This document shows, piece by piece, positions 38,401-47,130 of a stretch of DNA of 64,000 bases. The notes beneath the pieces are model-generated. The model was given only the letters and a program-made list of their open reading frames with translations, had not been told where the DNA came from and made no database searches. Origin of the DNA: a bacterium (lineage in GTDB: Bacteria; Verrucomicrobiota; Kiritimatiellia; RFP12; UBA1067). The stretch spans positions 19 to 64,018 of the forward strand of contig JBAXOG010000004.1 of the NCBI GenBank assembly GCA_037133395.1, read 5' to 3'. Position numbers and translations under genes: made by a program. Positions within the stretch are counted from its first letter, which is position 1, and the number at the start of each line of letters is the position of its first letter.

Positions 38401-40434
38401 TATCCGCGTGCTTCCGTATTAGCTGAATCCTTCTACGGTGATAACGTTTTATCTTCGGGTTGGACGATGGAGTACGTCGCGAACACCGTCGACTGGACGA
38501 TCGGCCGTCCCGGCGGGAAGGATGGCTGGTCGCCACCGGCTACAGCACAGAGTGATTTACAATATGCTGTTTTCTTCGGTACGCCTGGCGTGGGCACCGT
38601 GATGTGTACCAAGTTGGTATCGCCTGTCTTTGACCTCACTCAGATGCCGAATAATACGCGCCTTGTTTTCTGGCATTTTATGCAGGAGTGGGCAGGACAG
38701 GATGAATTGCGGGTCTACTATCGTAATGTTCAGGAAGGTCCTTGGACGAAACTGGCTACCTATACCAGCAATGTAACGAGTTGGACTCAACGGATTATTC
38801 CTTTGCCATTTCCGACGCGCTATTATCAGATCGCCTTCGAGGGTTTGGCAAAGTCTGGGTATGGGGTTTGCGTGGATACAGTTTCTATTACGGATGATGG
38901 CGGAGCCCCAGTCATGCTCACACGTGGCGTGTTGCCGTCTGGCTTTGATAACTTTAGTTACCAGACAAGCTTGGAGGCCGTTGGCGGAAGTACGCCTTAT
39001 CGCTGGACCGTTGTTTCGAATGGTTTGCCACGTGGTTTGGTATTGGATTCGGTCACAGGTATCATCAGTGGGATCCCTGTGGGGAGTACACAGACCGTTT
39101 TCCGAGTTGCTGTGACGGGTGCAGACAACCAGGTATCGGCCAATACCTTCTCGCTCAAAATCTTGCCACCTGGCATAGTTCCCTATTTCGAGTCCTTTGC
39201 GACGAACGCTCTGCCTGCAAACTGGGAACAAGTTACCGCTTCAGGATCTCAGGCAGCCTGGCAGGTTTCCCAAGGCACATACAGTTTCTATGAAAGTTTT
39301 CCGAGTAATCTGAAATCCCCAATGTTTGCGTATAGCAATTCACTTCCTAATAATGTCTGCCTCTGGGCCTTCCCGAAGGACGATGGCACGGCTAATATTG
39401 CAAGCCTCATTACAAAGCCCTTTGATTTGGGAGGTTGTACCAACACAACGTTGTCCTTCCAGTTGTGCATGAAAGAGTATGGCTCTTATCAGGATATACT
39501 CAGTGTTTACTATCGTTCGCGTGAAACGGATGCATGGACTTTATTGGCGGTATATGAGACGAACACAACGGTATGGACCCTGAAGACGCTTCAGCTCCCC
39601 AATCCTTCCGCAACCTATCGCCTTAAGTTTGAAGGATATGCGTTGGGCGGTTGGGGCATCTGTATTGACGATGTCGATGTACGTGGTGAAAAGGCGGGGT
39701 CGCCACTGGCGATCATTACGCCGACACGCTTACCAGAAGGTACAAATCACGTGGCTTATCCTCCGGTGACGCTCGTGGCGACAAACGGAACGCTCTTGCC
39801 ATATACGTGGCGCATTGTGAAGTCTGATATTTTGCCGACCGGATTAACATTGGATGCGAATACCGGTACCATCAGTGGAACGCCGGCTGAGTATGGTTTC
39901 TTTACCTTCGGCGTGACGGTACAGGATGCGAATAATGTGGCAACGACAAGTAATTTTAACCTAAGAGTTTACAGTGGTAGCATGACGCCTTTTGAAGAGT
40001 GGCAGTCAACATACTTCTCTACGCTGGGTTATTTGGGTGATGACGTGGATCAGTCTGGCGACGGCATCCCCAATCTGATTAAGTACGGCATGGGTTTGAA
40101 TCCGACAAATAAAAACCTGGGTATTTATATTCTCGGAGGTCTGACAAACTTAGCTGGCTCGCTAAATGTCGCTGACGGACGTTATCTATACTTAGGCTAT
40201 CGCCGTTCGCTGACCGCCACAGATGTGAATTTCTTTGTGAAGGGCACAACAAATCTGGCCAATGGTGCTATAGGCTGGCTGACTAATAATATTGTGGAGC
40301 AGACGCCCTGGATCGTTGGAGAGACGGATGTGTGGTCGTGGGTCTACAGTGTACATACTACGCCTGTCACCAATGCGCCTCAACGTTTTCTCAGACTTGA
40401 GGTGAGCACAAACCTGACGACTAATATTTATTGA
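35464..40434 (+). CDS. Secreted M4 (thermolysin-family) metalloprotease with FTP/PepSY propeptide, putative-Ig and MAM/cleaved-adhesin-like domains
   Basis: Signal peptide; NGFWDG, HELSH (36721-36735), GALNESFSD, DNGGVHQNSG; four He_PIG-like Ig repeats (e.g. LPTGLTLDANTGTISGTP) alternating with three LISP...VYY...FEG...D domains. Confidence 0.9.
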   Translation: MLSRAHRSLWLGIACSCLALSSYALRTDPVSDMNQVKAHSVLASSRIVHAQRGLTQQQKESRETAEKEEVKILWDDALQAPRSVRGKDLENKKFTGKRGSVLRNDPVALLESVSSLFGMTDPKAEFIARKTSSDQLGHRHVRMGQHYKGLRVVGGELIVHFDAKGSAYEVNGEYIKDIRVSPTAKLKEEDALRLAKADLEARGNPPQTVVKVPELVVYARMNLEPRLAYELALKFPGTGIKLPGYWLYWVDATDGTIINAYNDIKQLTPNAVGTATPITGQIMTRETRVTGDDGSRTVGGWTDASGMFFLHNPTNHWQLFNTGGGGFYTDALSYAYRPTTNWANSDPAEMSIAANVNTVQLYFRQIMGRNSWDNKGTMIPVNVHYGVNYVNGFWDGSTISIGDGDNVTATCLGTLDIMGHELSHGVTQATANLVYQNESGALNESFSDIFGTCIEFFGQPDGSSLYPQASPGMADWLCGEDAWLRSTALRDLRDPKNVTTVGAGNQQPSRYQGDFWGYGADDNGGVHQNSGPHNFFFYLLSQGGIGTNELYTYNFTGIGINNAEQLAYRVLSAYCTENTDYKAIRILWLNAAMDMNPDWIGPVIQAWGAVMGPTAPLKIQTESPLPNGRVGSPYQVSFGASGGMFPVYSWERISGQLPANFTFSTNGILSGFCVEPSTNTFTVVVSCIDHQKTTNTFELTILPAYTAPYSEGFNGAMEGELTGWHQECVSNAISWRMRIGSPSTRPPSAFEGEKNAYLGVFNDNGTASFPPHVTRLISPMIQFGPYAREVRVSFAYYLEDWPPLDPDQLKVYYKTAWSDSWIGPIATYTANTVGWTQQSITLPEPASVAGAGKGVYFAFEGSALGGHGISLDAIVIDDPVPPLHISTPTPLPIALCGTNYTLSSPLVILESVGGFTNALGLTNYQYAVVNGTSLPSGFILTPEGVITGRWNSVVAMTNFDVEVTDGFAKATNTLSFAVEYPRASVLAESFYGDNVLSSGWTMEYVANTVDWTIGRPGGKDGWSPPATAQSDLQYAVFFGTPGVGTVMCTKLVSPVFDLTQMPNNTRLVFWHFMQEWAGQDELRVYYRNVQEGPWTKLATYTSNVTSWTQRIIPLPFPTRYYQIAFEGLAKSGYGVCVDTVSITDDGGAPVMLTRGVLPSGFDNFSYQTSLEAVGGSTPYRWTVVSNGLPRGLVLDSVTGIISGIPVGSTQTVFRVAVTGADNQVSANTFSLKILPPGIVPYFESFATNALPANWEQVTASGSQAAWQVSQGTYSFYESFPSNLKSPMFAYSNSLPNNVCLWAFPKDDGTANIASLITKPFDLGGCTNTTLSFQLCMKEYGSYQDILSVYYRSRETDAWTLLAVYETNTTVWTLKTLQLPNPSATYRLKFEGYALGGWGICIDDVDVRGEKAGSPLAIITPTRLPEGTNHVAYPPVTLVATNGTLLPYTWRIVKSDILPTGLTLDANTGTISGTPAEYGFFTFGVTVQDANNVATTSNFNLRVYSGSMTPFEEWQSTYFSTLGYLGDDVDQSGDGIPNLIKYGMGLNPTNKNLGIYILGGLTNLAGSLNVADGRYLYLGYRRSLTATDVNFFVKGTTNLANGAIGWLTNNIVEQTPWIVGETDVWSWVYSVHTTPVTNAPQRFLRLEVSTNLTTNIY

Positions 40435-40444
40435 GTTTGACCCT

Positions 40445-40473
40445 AGGCGGCCGTGAGCCGCCTTTTTTGTTTT
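40445..40473 (+). terminator. Intrinsic terminator after the M4 protease gene
   Basis: AGGCGGC-cgtga-GCCGCCT followed by TTTTTGTTTT. Confidence 0.8.
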
Positions 40474-40484
40474 AACGAGGTCTT

Positions 40485-41570
40485 ATGAATCAATCATCCC
40501 CCGCCAAATCTCTTCCCCAAACTGAATTTATGGCGCGTCTGCGGAAGTTGCAGGTCTATCAAAAGCGAGAAAAATTGGATGTTCTTCTGATTTCAACGGA
40601 AACCAATCGTTATTATTTAATGGGTTTTTGTGCTTCGGATGGACTGTTGGTTCTGACAGATGAGCCGACTTTTTATACAGACTTTCGCTATTTTGTCGCC
40701 GCAAAAAAAGCATTGCCTTTTTTGAAGGTCAAGCTCATTTGGAAGACGGGAGAAGAGTCTGGTGCGCTGGCTCAGATCGGAAAAAAGTGGAAGCGTATTG
40801 GCTATGAAGGTGCGCTTTCAGCCGAGCGTTTCGGTATGTGGAGAGAGGTGTTTGCTTCCGTGGAGTTTGTCAAGGTGTCCGCCGCCATCGATGAGTTGCG
40901 AAGTATCAAGTCGCTTGCAGAACAACGGTGCCTTCGTGCAGCCGTTCGCGCAACCGATGCGGTGTTTGCAGCAGTTCGCTCACAGATGACGCCGGGCATG
41001 ACCGAATGGGATGTCCGTAACCTCATTCGTCGAGGGGCAGATTTTTGCGGACAAGGGGAAGCCTTTGATTCTGTTGTTTGCGTGGGTAAGAATGCGGCAG
41101 AGTGTCATCACCATCCTGATGAGACGCGCCTACTCGAAAATGGTTCCGTACTGATTGACATGGGTGTCCTGAAGGATTATTACTGTTCAGATATGACACG
41201 TAGTTTTTGCCTTGGAAAGTCAACCGCTGAATATCGGGGCATTTATAAAATTGTGCTGGAGGCAAACCTTAAGGCCATCCATGCGATTCGGCCCGGACGC
41301 GCGTGCAGCGAGATTGATGCCATTGCGCGTAAGCATATTGAAAAAGCCGGTTACGGTAAGCAATTTGGGCATGGTCTTGGCCATTCAGTAGGGTTGGAGA
41401 TTCATGAGTCGCCCCGTTTTTCAGTGACATGCAATACGGTTCTTAAACCAGGCATGATCATGACCGTTGAGCCCGGCATTTATTTGTCAGGTCGTTTTGG
41501 CGTACGCATTGAAGATGTGGTGCTGGTCACGCGTACGGGCTGCGAAGTGTTGACAAAGACCGATAAGTAA
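40485..41570 (+). CDS. Xaa-Pro aminopeptidase / M24B peptidase
   Basis: TDFRY, LRSIKS, HH, IDMG...YCSDMTRS, HGLGHSVGLEIHE.P, TVEPGIY, GVRIED. Confidence 0.9.
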   Translation: MNQSSPAKSLPQTEFMARLRKLQVYQKREKLDVLLISTETNRYYLMGFCASDGLLVLTDEPTFYTDFRYFVAAKKALPFLKVKLIWKTGEESGALAQIGKKWKRIGYEGALSAERFGMWREVFASVEFVKVSAAIDELRSIKSLAEQRCLRAAVRATDAVFAAVRSQMTPGMTEWDVRNLIRRGADFCGQGEAFDSVVCVGKNAAECHHHPDETRLLENGSVLIDMGVLKDYYCSDMTRSFCLGKSTAEYRGIYKIVLEANLKAIHAIRPGRACSEIDAIARKHIEKAGYGKQFGHGLGHSVGLEIHESPRFSVTCNTVLKPGMIMTVEPGIYLSGRFGVRIEDVVLVTRTGCEVLTKTDK

Positions 41571-41593
41571 AACACGAGAAGTTATTCCTTTGT

Positions 41594-41622
41594 TTGCCCC
41601 ATTGCTTTTGGTAAGATATAAT
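41594..41622 (+). promoter_or_regulatory. Putative sigma70 promoter of recA
   Basis: TTGCCC (41594-41599), 17 bp spacer, TATAAT (41617-41622); AAGGAG SD downstream. Confidence 0.6.
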
Positions 41623-41654
41623 CTTCGTTTTTATACAATAAAGGAGTCGTTAGT

Positions 41655-42689
41655 ATGGCAGAAAAGAAAACATCGAATACGCAGCTTGAAGCAGTCTTAA
41701 GTCAAATACGAAAAGAATTTGGTGAGGCGGCTATTATGCGCATGGGGGATGCGGAGGCATTCAAGGATATCGCTGTAATTTCAACAGGTGCCTATTCATT
41801 GAATTTGGCATTGGGTATCGGTGGCTTGCCGCGCGGACGTGTTGTCGAATGTTTTGGACAGGAGTCTTCCGGCAAGACCACACTTGCCTTGCATGTGATC
41901 GCGAATGCGCAGAAGGCGGGCGGTCTTGCAGCGTTTGTGGATGCGGAACACGCAATGGATCCTGGTTATGCGCGCCGTATCGGCGTGAATTTGGATGATC
42001 TGTTGGTCTCTCAGCCCAGTTCGGGTGAAGAGGCGTTGACGATCACGGAGCAACTTATTAAGAGCGGCGCCTTGGATGTTGTGGTTGTTGACTCGGTTGC
42101 GGCGTTGACCCCGCAAGCGGAGATCGATGGCAGCATGGGCGATTCGCACATGGGCCTTCAGGCACGTCTGATGTCGCAGGCGATGCGCAAGCTCACAAGC
42201 GTGATTGCTCAGACAAAGACCCTTTGCATTTTTACCAACCAGATGCGTGATAAAATTGGCGTGATGTTTGGTAATCCTGAAACAACGCCTGGCGGAAAGG
42301 CCCTCAAGTTTTACTCCTCTGTCCGCTTGAACGTGCAGCGCATTGGAGCAATCAAGGATTCCGCCGGCACGGTCATTGGTAATCGCACGCGTGTGAAGGT
42401 CGTCAAGAATAAGATGGCGCCCCCTTTCACGGAAGCTGAATTTGACATCCTGTACGCCCGCGGTATTTCGTGGGAAGGTTCTGTGCTCGATGCGGCGATC
42501 ACGCGTAATGTGGTGACCAAGCGCGGTTCATGGTTGAGCTTTGGCGCGGAACAAATCGGTCAGGGCTCCATGGCGGCAACAGAGTTTCTGCGAAATCATC
42601 CAGAAATCGTAGATCAAATCATCGTAAAAATTAAGAGCGAGCCCGCTCTGGCGATCGGCAAGCCTGTTCCGAAGGCGGATGACGAATAG
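41655..42689 (+). CDS. recA: Recombinase A
   Basis: [51 protein letters not shown]. Confidence 0.98.
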   Translation: MAEKKTSNTQLEAVLSQIRKEFGEAAIMRMGDAEAFKDIAVISTGAYSLNLALGIGGLPRGRVVECFGQESSGKTTLALHVIANAQKAGGLAAFVDAEHAMDPGYARRIGVNLDDLLVSQPSSGEEALTITEQLIKSGALDVVVVDSVAALTPQAEIDGSMGDSHMGLQARLMSQAMRKLTSVIAQTKTLCIFTNQMRDKIGVMFGNPETTPGGKALKFYSSVRLNVQRIGAIKDSAGTVIGNRTRVKVVKNKMAPPFTEAEFDILYARGISWEGSVLDAAITRNVVTKRGSWLSFGAEQIGQGSMAATEFLRNHPEIVDQIIVKIKSEPALAIGKPVPKADDE

Positions 42690-42697
42690 GGTTTCCT

Positions 42698-43339
42698 CTA
42701 CAGAAACCCGTTTTCACGAAGCATGGCTTCGGTGATACTGCTAGACGATGTGTCGCGGCCCAACAACCGCGCCACATATTTACCCAAAATATCACCTTCC
42801 AAGTTGAGAAAATCCCCTGGTTGACGGTCGCACAGGCTTGTCGCGTGCAAGGTATGAGGGATTAGATTGACCTCAACATGTCCCTCCCCCAGCCCGCTGA
42901 CGGTCAGGCTGACACCGTCAATGGCGATGGAGCCCTTCATCACGGTTTGACGTGCAAGCGTAGGCGAGCACTGAATACGCCAAGCCATATCGCGCCCGCG
43001 GTCTTCCACGCTGACAAGCGTGCCGGTCTCGTCAATATGACCACTCACAATATGCCCGCCCAACCTATCGCCAAGAGCGAGTGCACGTTCAAGGTTGAGA
43101 CGTGAACCTTCCCTCAATGAGCGCAACGCTGTATGGTGTACGGTTTCATCCAGAATATCTGCCGTGAACCAGCCCATACCGAATGCTGTGACAGTCAGGC
43201 AGGCACCCTGCACCGCGACGCTTTCGCCCAAAACAAGGGCATCATCCCACGCGTCATGCGCCACGGTGAGCGTCCAGCCGCCATGCGAGCGCATCATGGT
43301 TTTTAAGAGACCAACTTTTTGTACGAGTCCTGTAAACAT
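42698..43339 (-). CDS. ribE: Riboflavin synthase (alpha chain)
   Basis: MFTGLV, ESVAVQGACLT, NLERAL, GGHIVSGHID, KGSIAIDGVSLT, IPHT. Confidence 0.95.
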   Translation of the reverse strand: MFTGLVQKVGLLKTMMRSHGGWTLTVAHDAWDDALVLGESVAVQGACLTVTAFGMGWFTADILDETVHHTALRSLREGSRLNLERALALGDRLGGHIVSGHIDETGTLVSVEDRGRDMAWRIQCSPTLARQTVMKGSIAIDGVSLTVSGLGEGHVEVNLIPHTLHATSLCDRQPGDFLNLEGDILGKYVARLLGRDTSSSSITEAMLRENGFL

Positions 43340-43348
43340 AGTGTGGAG

Positions 43349-43435
43349 AATTACGTTATTGCGTTATTGCCTTATTGCGTTATTGCCTTATTGCCTTATT
43401 GCCTTATTTTTAGTGTCTTTCGTGTGTTTCGTGGA
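43349..43435 (-). repeat. Octamer tandem array (GCAATAAS on the minus strand) plus adjacent nonamer repeats at the ribD/ribE junction
   Basis: Six full (C/G)TTATTGC units at 43355-43402 plus partial flanks; tttagtgtc-tttcgtgtg-tttcgtgga at 43409-43435. They supply the RibD tail TKHTKDTKNKAIRQ and its stop. Confidence 0.85.
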
Positions 43436-44542
43436 CAAAAACTCTGAAGTTATTGGGCGTGCGCGGACGAGGATGTCATCGCCAAAGCGTTTGACGGATT
43501 GAAGCTGCAAGCGCGCCAAGTTTTTCATCTGCACCCCTTGTCCTGAAAAGCCGCTGATTGCTCGCGCATCGCCTAAGATGGCTGGCGCATAGAAAAGGCA
43601 GTATTCATCGATGAGTCGCGCATCGTGCAGAGCTCCAGCCAATGTCCCTCCCCCTTCGCACAGGATGTGCAAGTAACCTGCTTTACCGAGTCGCTTCAAA
43701 AGCTGTTGCAACGGGACATGGCCCGTTTTGTCTGGCGAGAAGGTCCACACGGTGGCACCTTGCTGCTGCCAAGTCTTGATCTTCTTTTTTGCTGTTGTGG
43801 TTACTGTGGCTATGATGGTACGAGCTACTGCGGAATCCGTGAGGACCGTTGCGGTTGCTGGTGTTCGACCCGTTGCATCGACGATGACACGCATCAGGTT
43901 ATCACGACCCTTGCCACGGTAAAGCAGGGAGGGGTTATCCGCGCAAACCGTGCCCGCGCCAACTAAGATGACATCTGCGCCTTTGCGCATCTGCTGTACG
44001 GCCTTTCGTGCAACCTCGCCGGTAATCCATTGGGAGGAGCCCTTGCAGTCTGCTATGCGTCCGTCAAGCGTCATGGCGAGCTTGAGTGTCAGGAAAGGAT
44101 ACCCTGTGGTCACATGTTTGAAAAAGGGTTGTGCCAAGGCCTTCGCCTCGGCTTCGCACACACCAAAGACAACATCCACGCCCTTTTCTCGTAAAAGTTC
44201 AAGTCCACGCCCGCAGTGGCAGCCGTTCGCATCATGACATGCGACAACGACCCGCGCAATGCCTTCTTTCAGAATCCGCTCTGTACAGGGAGGCGTCCGT
44301 CCATGCGTACAGCAGGGTTCCAGCGTGACATACAATGTTGCCCCTTTTGGAGAAACGGAACACGCTTTCAGTGCTTCTACTTCGGCATGGGGTCCGCCCG
44401 CACGGGCATGAAAGCCCTCACCAATAATATGACCGTTTTTCACGACGACAGCGCCGACGGGCGGATTCGGGCGCGTACACCCTATGGCTTTGCGTGCTAG
44501 AAACAAAGCCCGTCGCATCAAGGTTGTGTCGGAGGGCGTCAT
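43388..44542 (-). CDS. ribD: Bifunctional diaminohydroxyphosphoribosylaminopyrimidine deaminase / reductase
   Basis: PNPPVGAV, HAE, TLEPCCTHGRTPPC, TLDGRIA, SQWIT, EGGG. Confidence 0.96.
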   Translation of the reverse strand: MTPSDTTLMRRALFLARKAIGCTRPNPPVGAVVVKNGHIIGEGFHARAGGPHAEVEALKACSVSPKGATLYVTLEPCCTHGRTPPCTERILKEGIARVVVACHDANGCHCGRGLELLREKGVDVVFGVCEAEAKALAQPFFKHVTTGYPFLTLKLAMTLDGRIADCKGSSQWITGEVARKAVQQMRKGADVILVGAGTVCADNPSLLYRGKGRDNLMRVIVDATGRTPATATVLTDSAVARTIIATVTTTAKKKIKTWQQQGATVWTFSPDKTGHVPLQQLLKRLGKAGYLHILCEGGGTLAGALHDARLIDEYCLFYAPAILGDARAISGFSGQGVQMKNLARLQLQSVKRFGDDILVRARPITSEFLSTKHTKDTKNKAIRQ

Positions 44543-44574
44543 GAATAGTGAAGCGTTCGCGACAGATCGCTGTC

Positions 44575-45075
44575 TTACGCTTTTTCTTTTTCCATGTCTT
44601 TGTGCAGACGATCTAAAATACCGTTTACGAAACGTCCGGCATCGGCATTGCTGAAATATTTCGCAAGGTCGATCGCCTCGTTTAAAACTACGGCATGAGG
44701 AACGTCGCTACAGTACATTATTTCATAGAAGGCAAGACGCAATACGTTACGTTCGATGGATCCCATGCGGTGCATGGGCCAGTTCTGGACATACGATTGA
44801 AGTTTTGCGTCAATATCCGGCAGATGCGACATGACCCCGCGGACAAGATTCTCCGTGAAGATTCGAATCTTGGACGGCGCCACGCGGTCCTCGACAGCCT
44901 TGTCGTTATCTTCCTCGACGGAGTCAGGATCGTCATCCCTCATGGCCTCCATCTGGCAAGTCCATTGCTGACGCCAGAACTTGGGGATCGTCATGTCCAG
45001 CTCAAGACCTGGATTCATGTCCGCCTGAAAGATCATCTGCACGGCCCATTCGCGGCCTTGTCTTCTTGTTGCCAT
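44575..45075 (-). CDS. nusB: Transcription antitermination factor NusB
   Basis: TRRQGREWAVQMIF, W...R...ERNVLRLA.YE, VLNEAIDLAK.F, FVNGILD; follows ribH. Confidence 0.92.
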   Translation of the reverse strand: MATRRQGREWAVQMIFQADMNPGLELDMTIPKFWRQQWTCQMEAMRDDDPDSVEEDNDKAVEDRVAPSKIRIFTENLVRGVMSHLPDIDAKLQSYVQNWPMHRMGSIERNVLRLAFYEIMYCSDVPHAVVLNEAIDLAKYFSNADAGRFVNGILDRLHKDMEKEKA

Positions 45076-45084
45076 AATAATACC

Positions 45085-45546
45085 TTAGAGCGCCTTGAGT
45101 ACGGAGACGGTCTCGATTGCGGCGAGGACAGCATCCCAGCCCTTGTTCCCTTGTTTGGTGCCAGCGCGTTCAATGACCTGTTCGAGGTTTTGCGCGCAGA
45201 CGATACCGTTCAAGACGGGTACTCCAGTGTCCAAAGCAATCTTTGAGAGCGCACGGGCTACCGTACCGTTAATGAGGTCGGCATGAGGCGTCGCGCCTTG
45301 AATCACCGCCCCGAGCGCCACAATAGCGTCAAACGTTCCCGCATCCGCGAGTTTTTGAGCCACGTTCGGAATTTCATTCGCCCCTGGAACGCGCACGAGC
45401 AGCAAGTTGTCGTCTTGTCCTCCATGACGCACAAAGCAGTCCTCCGCGCCCTTGACGAGTTGTTCCGTGAAAAAGCTGTTGAAACGGCTCACAACAATCG
45501 CCATCTTCATGCCAGCGGCATTCAGGTTTCCTGTTACTTCTTTCAT
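45085..45546 (-). CDS. ribH: 6,7-dimethyl-8-ribityllumazine synthase
   Basis: IVVSRFN, VPGANEIP, LGAVIQGATPH, ERAGTKQGNKG. Confidence 0.95.
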   Translation of the reverse strand: MKEVTGNLNAAGMKMAIVVSRFNSFFTEQLVKGAEDCFVRHGGQDDNLLLVRVPGANEIPNVAQKLADAGTFDAIVALGAVIQGATPHADLINGTVARALSKIALDTGVPVLNGIVCAQNLEQVIERAGTKQGNKGWDAVLAAIETVSVLKAL

Positions 45547-45560
45547 CTCTTTTCTCCTTT

Positions 45561-45620
45561 CAATAACGCAATCCAGTAATTTTCAATAAGGCAATAAGGC
45601 AATCACGCAATAAGGCAATT
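45561..45620 (+). repeat. Octamer GCAATAAS tandem array at the ribBA/ribH junction
   Basis: caataac-gcaat...caataag-GCAATAAG-GCAATCAC-GCAATAAG-GCAATT; inverted relative to the array at 43349-43408. Confidence 0.8.
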
Positions 45621-45623
45621 GTC

Positions 45624-46826
45624 TCAAATCATGTGCCCCATCTTGGCCTTCTTAGTGGCCAGATATTTCTTGTTAAAGACGCCGGGCTCAAACATGATGG
45701 GCACGCGTTCCGCGATTTCAAGTCCGTACCCTTGTAACCCGATGAGCTTCTTAGGGTTGTTGGTCATCAGGCGGATGCGCTTCAAGCCCAGGTCTGCCAG
45801 CATCTGTGCGCCGACACCATAATCGCGCAAGTCCGGTGCGAAACCGAGCTGGATGTTGGCTTCGACCGTGTCGAGGCCATTCTCCTGCAACTTATAGGCG
45901 TGCAACTTGTTCGCCAGTCCGATGCCACGTCCTTCTTGGCGCATATACAAAACAACGCCACAGCCCTCCAGCTCAATCATGCTCATCGCCGCATGAAGCT
46001 GGCTGCCGCAATCGCATCGCGCTGACCCAAAGACGTCGCCCGTGAGGCATTCGCTGTGGACACGTACCAGTGGCGCGTCGCACGAGGAGAGGTCGCCCTT
46101 GATGAGCGCCAGGTGATCCAGTCCGTCTGGGGATGATCGATAGAGGCGTAATTTGAATTGTCCGTAGGCCGTCGGAAGGTCCACTTCTTCGAGCATCTCA
46201 ATCAGTCGTTCGCGGTATCGGCGGTAGGCAATCAGGTCGGCAATCGAGAGCATCTTCAATTGGTGCGTCTTCGCAAAAGCCCTTAATTGGGGCAGACGTG
46301 CCATGGTGCCGTCTTGCTGCATGATTTCACAGATGACCCCTGCGGGCTTTAAGCCGGCGAGTTTCGCTAGATCAACAGCAGCTTCCGTATGCCCCGCTCT
46401 GACCAGTACGCCGCCTTCACGGGCCTGCAACGGAAAGAGGTGGCCCGGGCTGACCAGGTCAGCCGGAGTCGAAGTTCCCTCTACCAGGACGCGGACGGTC
46501 TCCGCACGGTCTGCGGCGCTGATACCGGTTGAAATGTTTCTAGCCGCATCGACGGAGTAGGTAAAGGCCGTCGAATACTTGTCGCCATGGTTTCGACTGG
46601 GTGCCCGCTCGACCCCCAGCTTTTGCAGGCGTTCATGCGTCATCGGCACACAAATCAGGCCACGCGCATGCAAAGCCATGAAATTAATGGACTCTGGCGT
46701 GACCTTTTCAGCGGCAATGATTAGATCGCCTTCGTTTTCTCGGTTCTCGTCGTCCGCGACGACCACAAACGCGCCGCTACGAAAAGCCTCGATACAGATT
46801 TCAACACTGTCAAATACGTCGCTCAT
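45624..46826 (-). CDS. ribBA: Bifunctional DHBP synthase / GTP cyclohydrolase II
   Basis: [58 protein letters not shown]. Confidence 0.97.
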   Translation of the reverse strand: MSDVFDSVEICIEAFRSGAFVVVADDENRENEGDLIIAAEKVTPESINFMALHARGLICVPMTHERLQKLGVERAPSRNHGDKYSTAFTYSVDAARNISTGISAADRAETVRVLVEGTSTPADLVSPGHLFPLQAREGGVLVRAGHTEAAVDLAKLAGLKPAGVICEIMQQDGTMARLPQLRAFAKTHQLKMLSIADLIAYRRYRERLIEMLEEVDLPTAYGQFKLRLYRSSPDGLDHLALIKGDLSSCDAPLVRVHSECLTGDVFGSARCDCGSQLHAAMSMIELEGCGVVLYMRQEGRGIGLANKLHAYKLQENGLDTVEANIQLGFAPDLRDYGVGAQMLADLGLKRIRLMTNNPKKLIGLQGYGLEIAERVPIMFEPGVFNKKYLATKKAKMGHMI

Positions 46827-46860
46827 AAAAAAAAAGCCCGATCACAGGCGCAATCGGGGC
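46827..46860 (-). terminator. Intrinsic terminator of the FMN riboswitch expression platform
   Basis: Minus strand GC-CCCGATTGC-gcct-GTGATCGGG-C followed by T9, directly before the ribBA ATG. Confidence 0.75.
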
Positions 46861-46883
46861 AAACCAAAGAAAACGATTCCAAA

Positions 46884-47006
46884 CCATCTTCTTTCATCCA
46901 GACTTTACTGTCGGCCACGGAATTCAAACCGTGTCAGTGCCTTGTTGGACAAGGCAGTCGCGGGCTTTACCGCCGGTTGGGAATCTCGCCCAGCCCCGAA
47001 GACGCT
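46884..47006 (-). ncRNA. FMN riboswitch (RFN element)
   Basis: Minus strand TCTTCGGGGCTGGGCGAGATTCCCAACCGGCGGTAAAGCCCGCGA...GAATTCCGTGGCCGACAGTAAAGTCTGGATGAAAGAAGA matches the RFN consensus; upstream of the rib operon. Confidence 0.95.
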
Positions 47007-47130
47007 TGTTGAGAATGATTACTATACCCCATTTCCCTTGGTTTTGGCAAGCCTGCACTTTTACTGAAATTAGATATTCATTTGCGCCCCCTCATGGTGT
47101 AATATATGCTCTTTGACTTAGGAGCAATAG

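Noticed and set aside
24754-40434. Giant proteins as direct PEP-CTERM substrates of the exosortase
   Set aside because: Neither has the C-terminal PEP motif, TM helix and basic tail, and no PEP-CTERM protein was seen in the window.
41571-41654. LexA/SOS box upstream of recA
   Set aside because: No convincing palindrome matching LexA motifs I know; only a sigma70-like promoter is visible.
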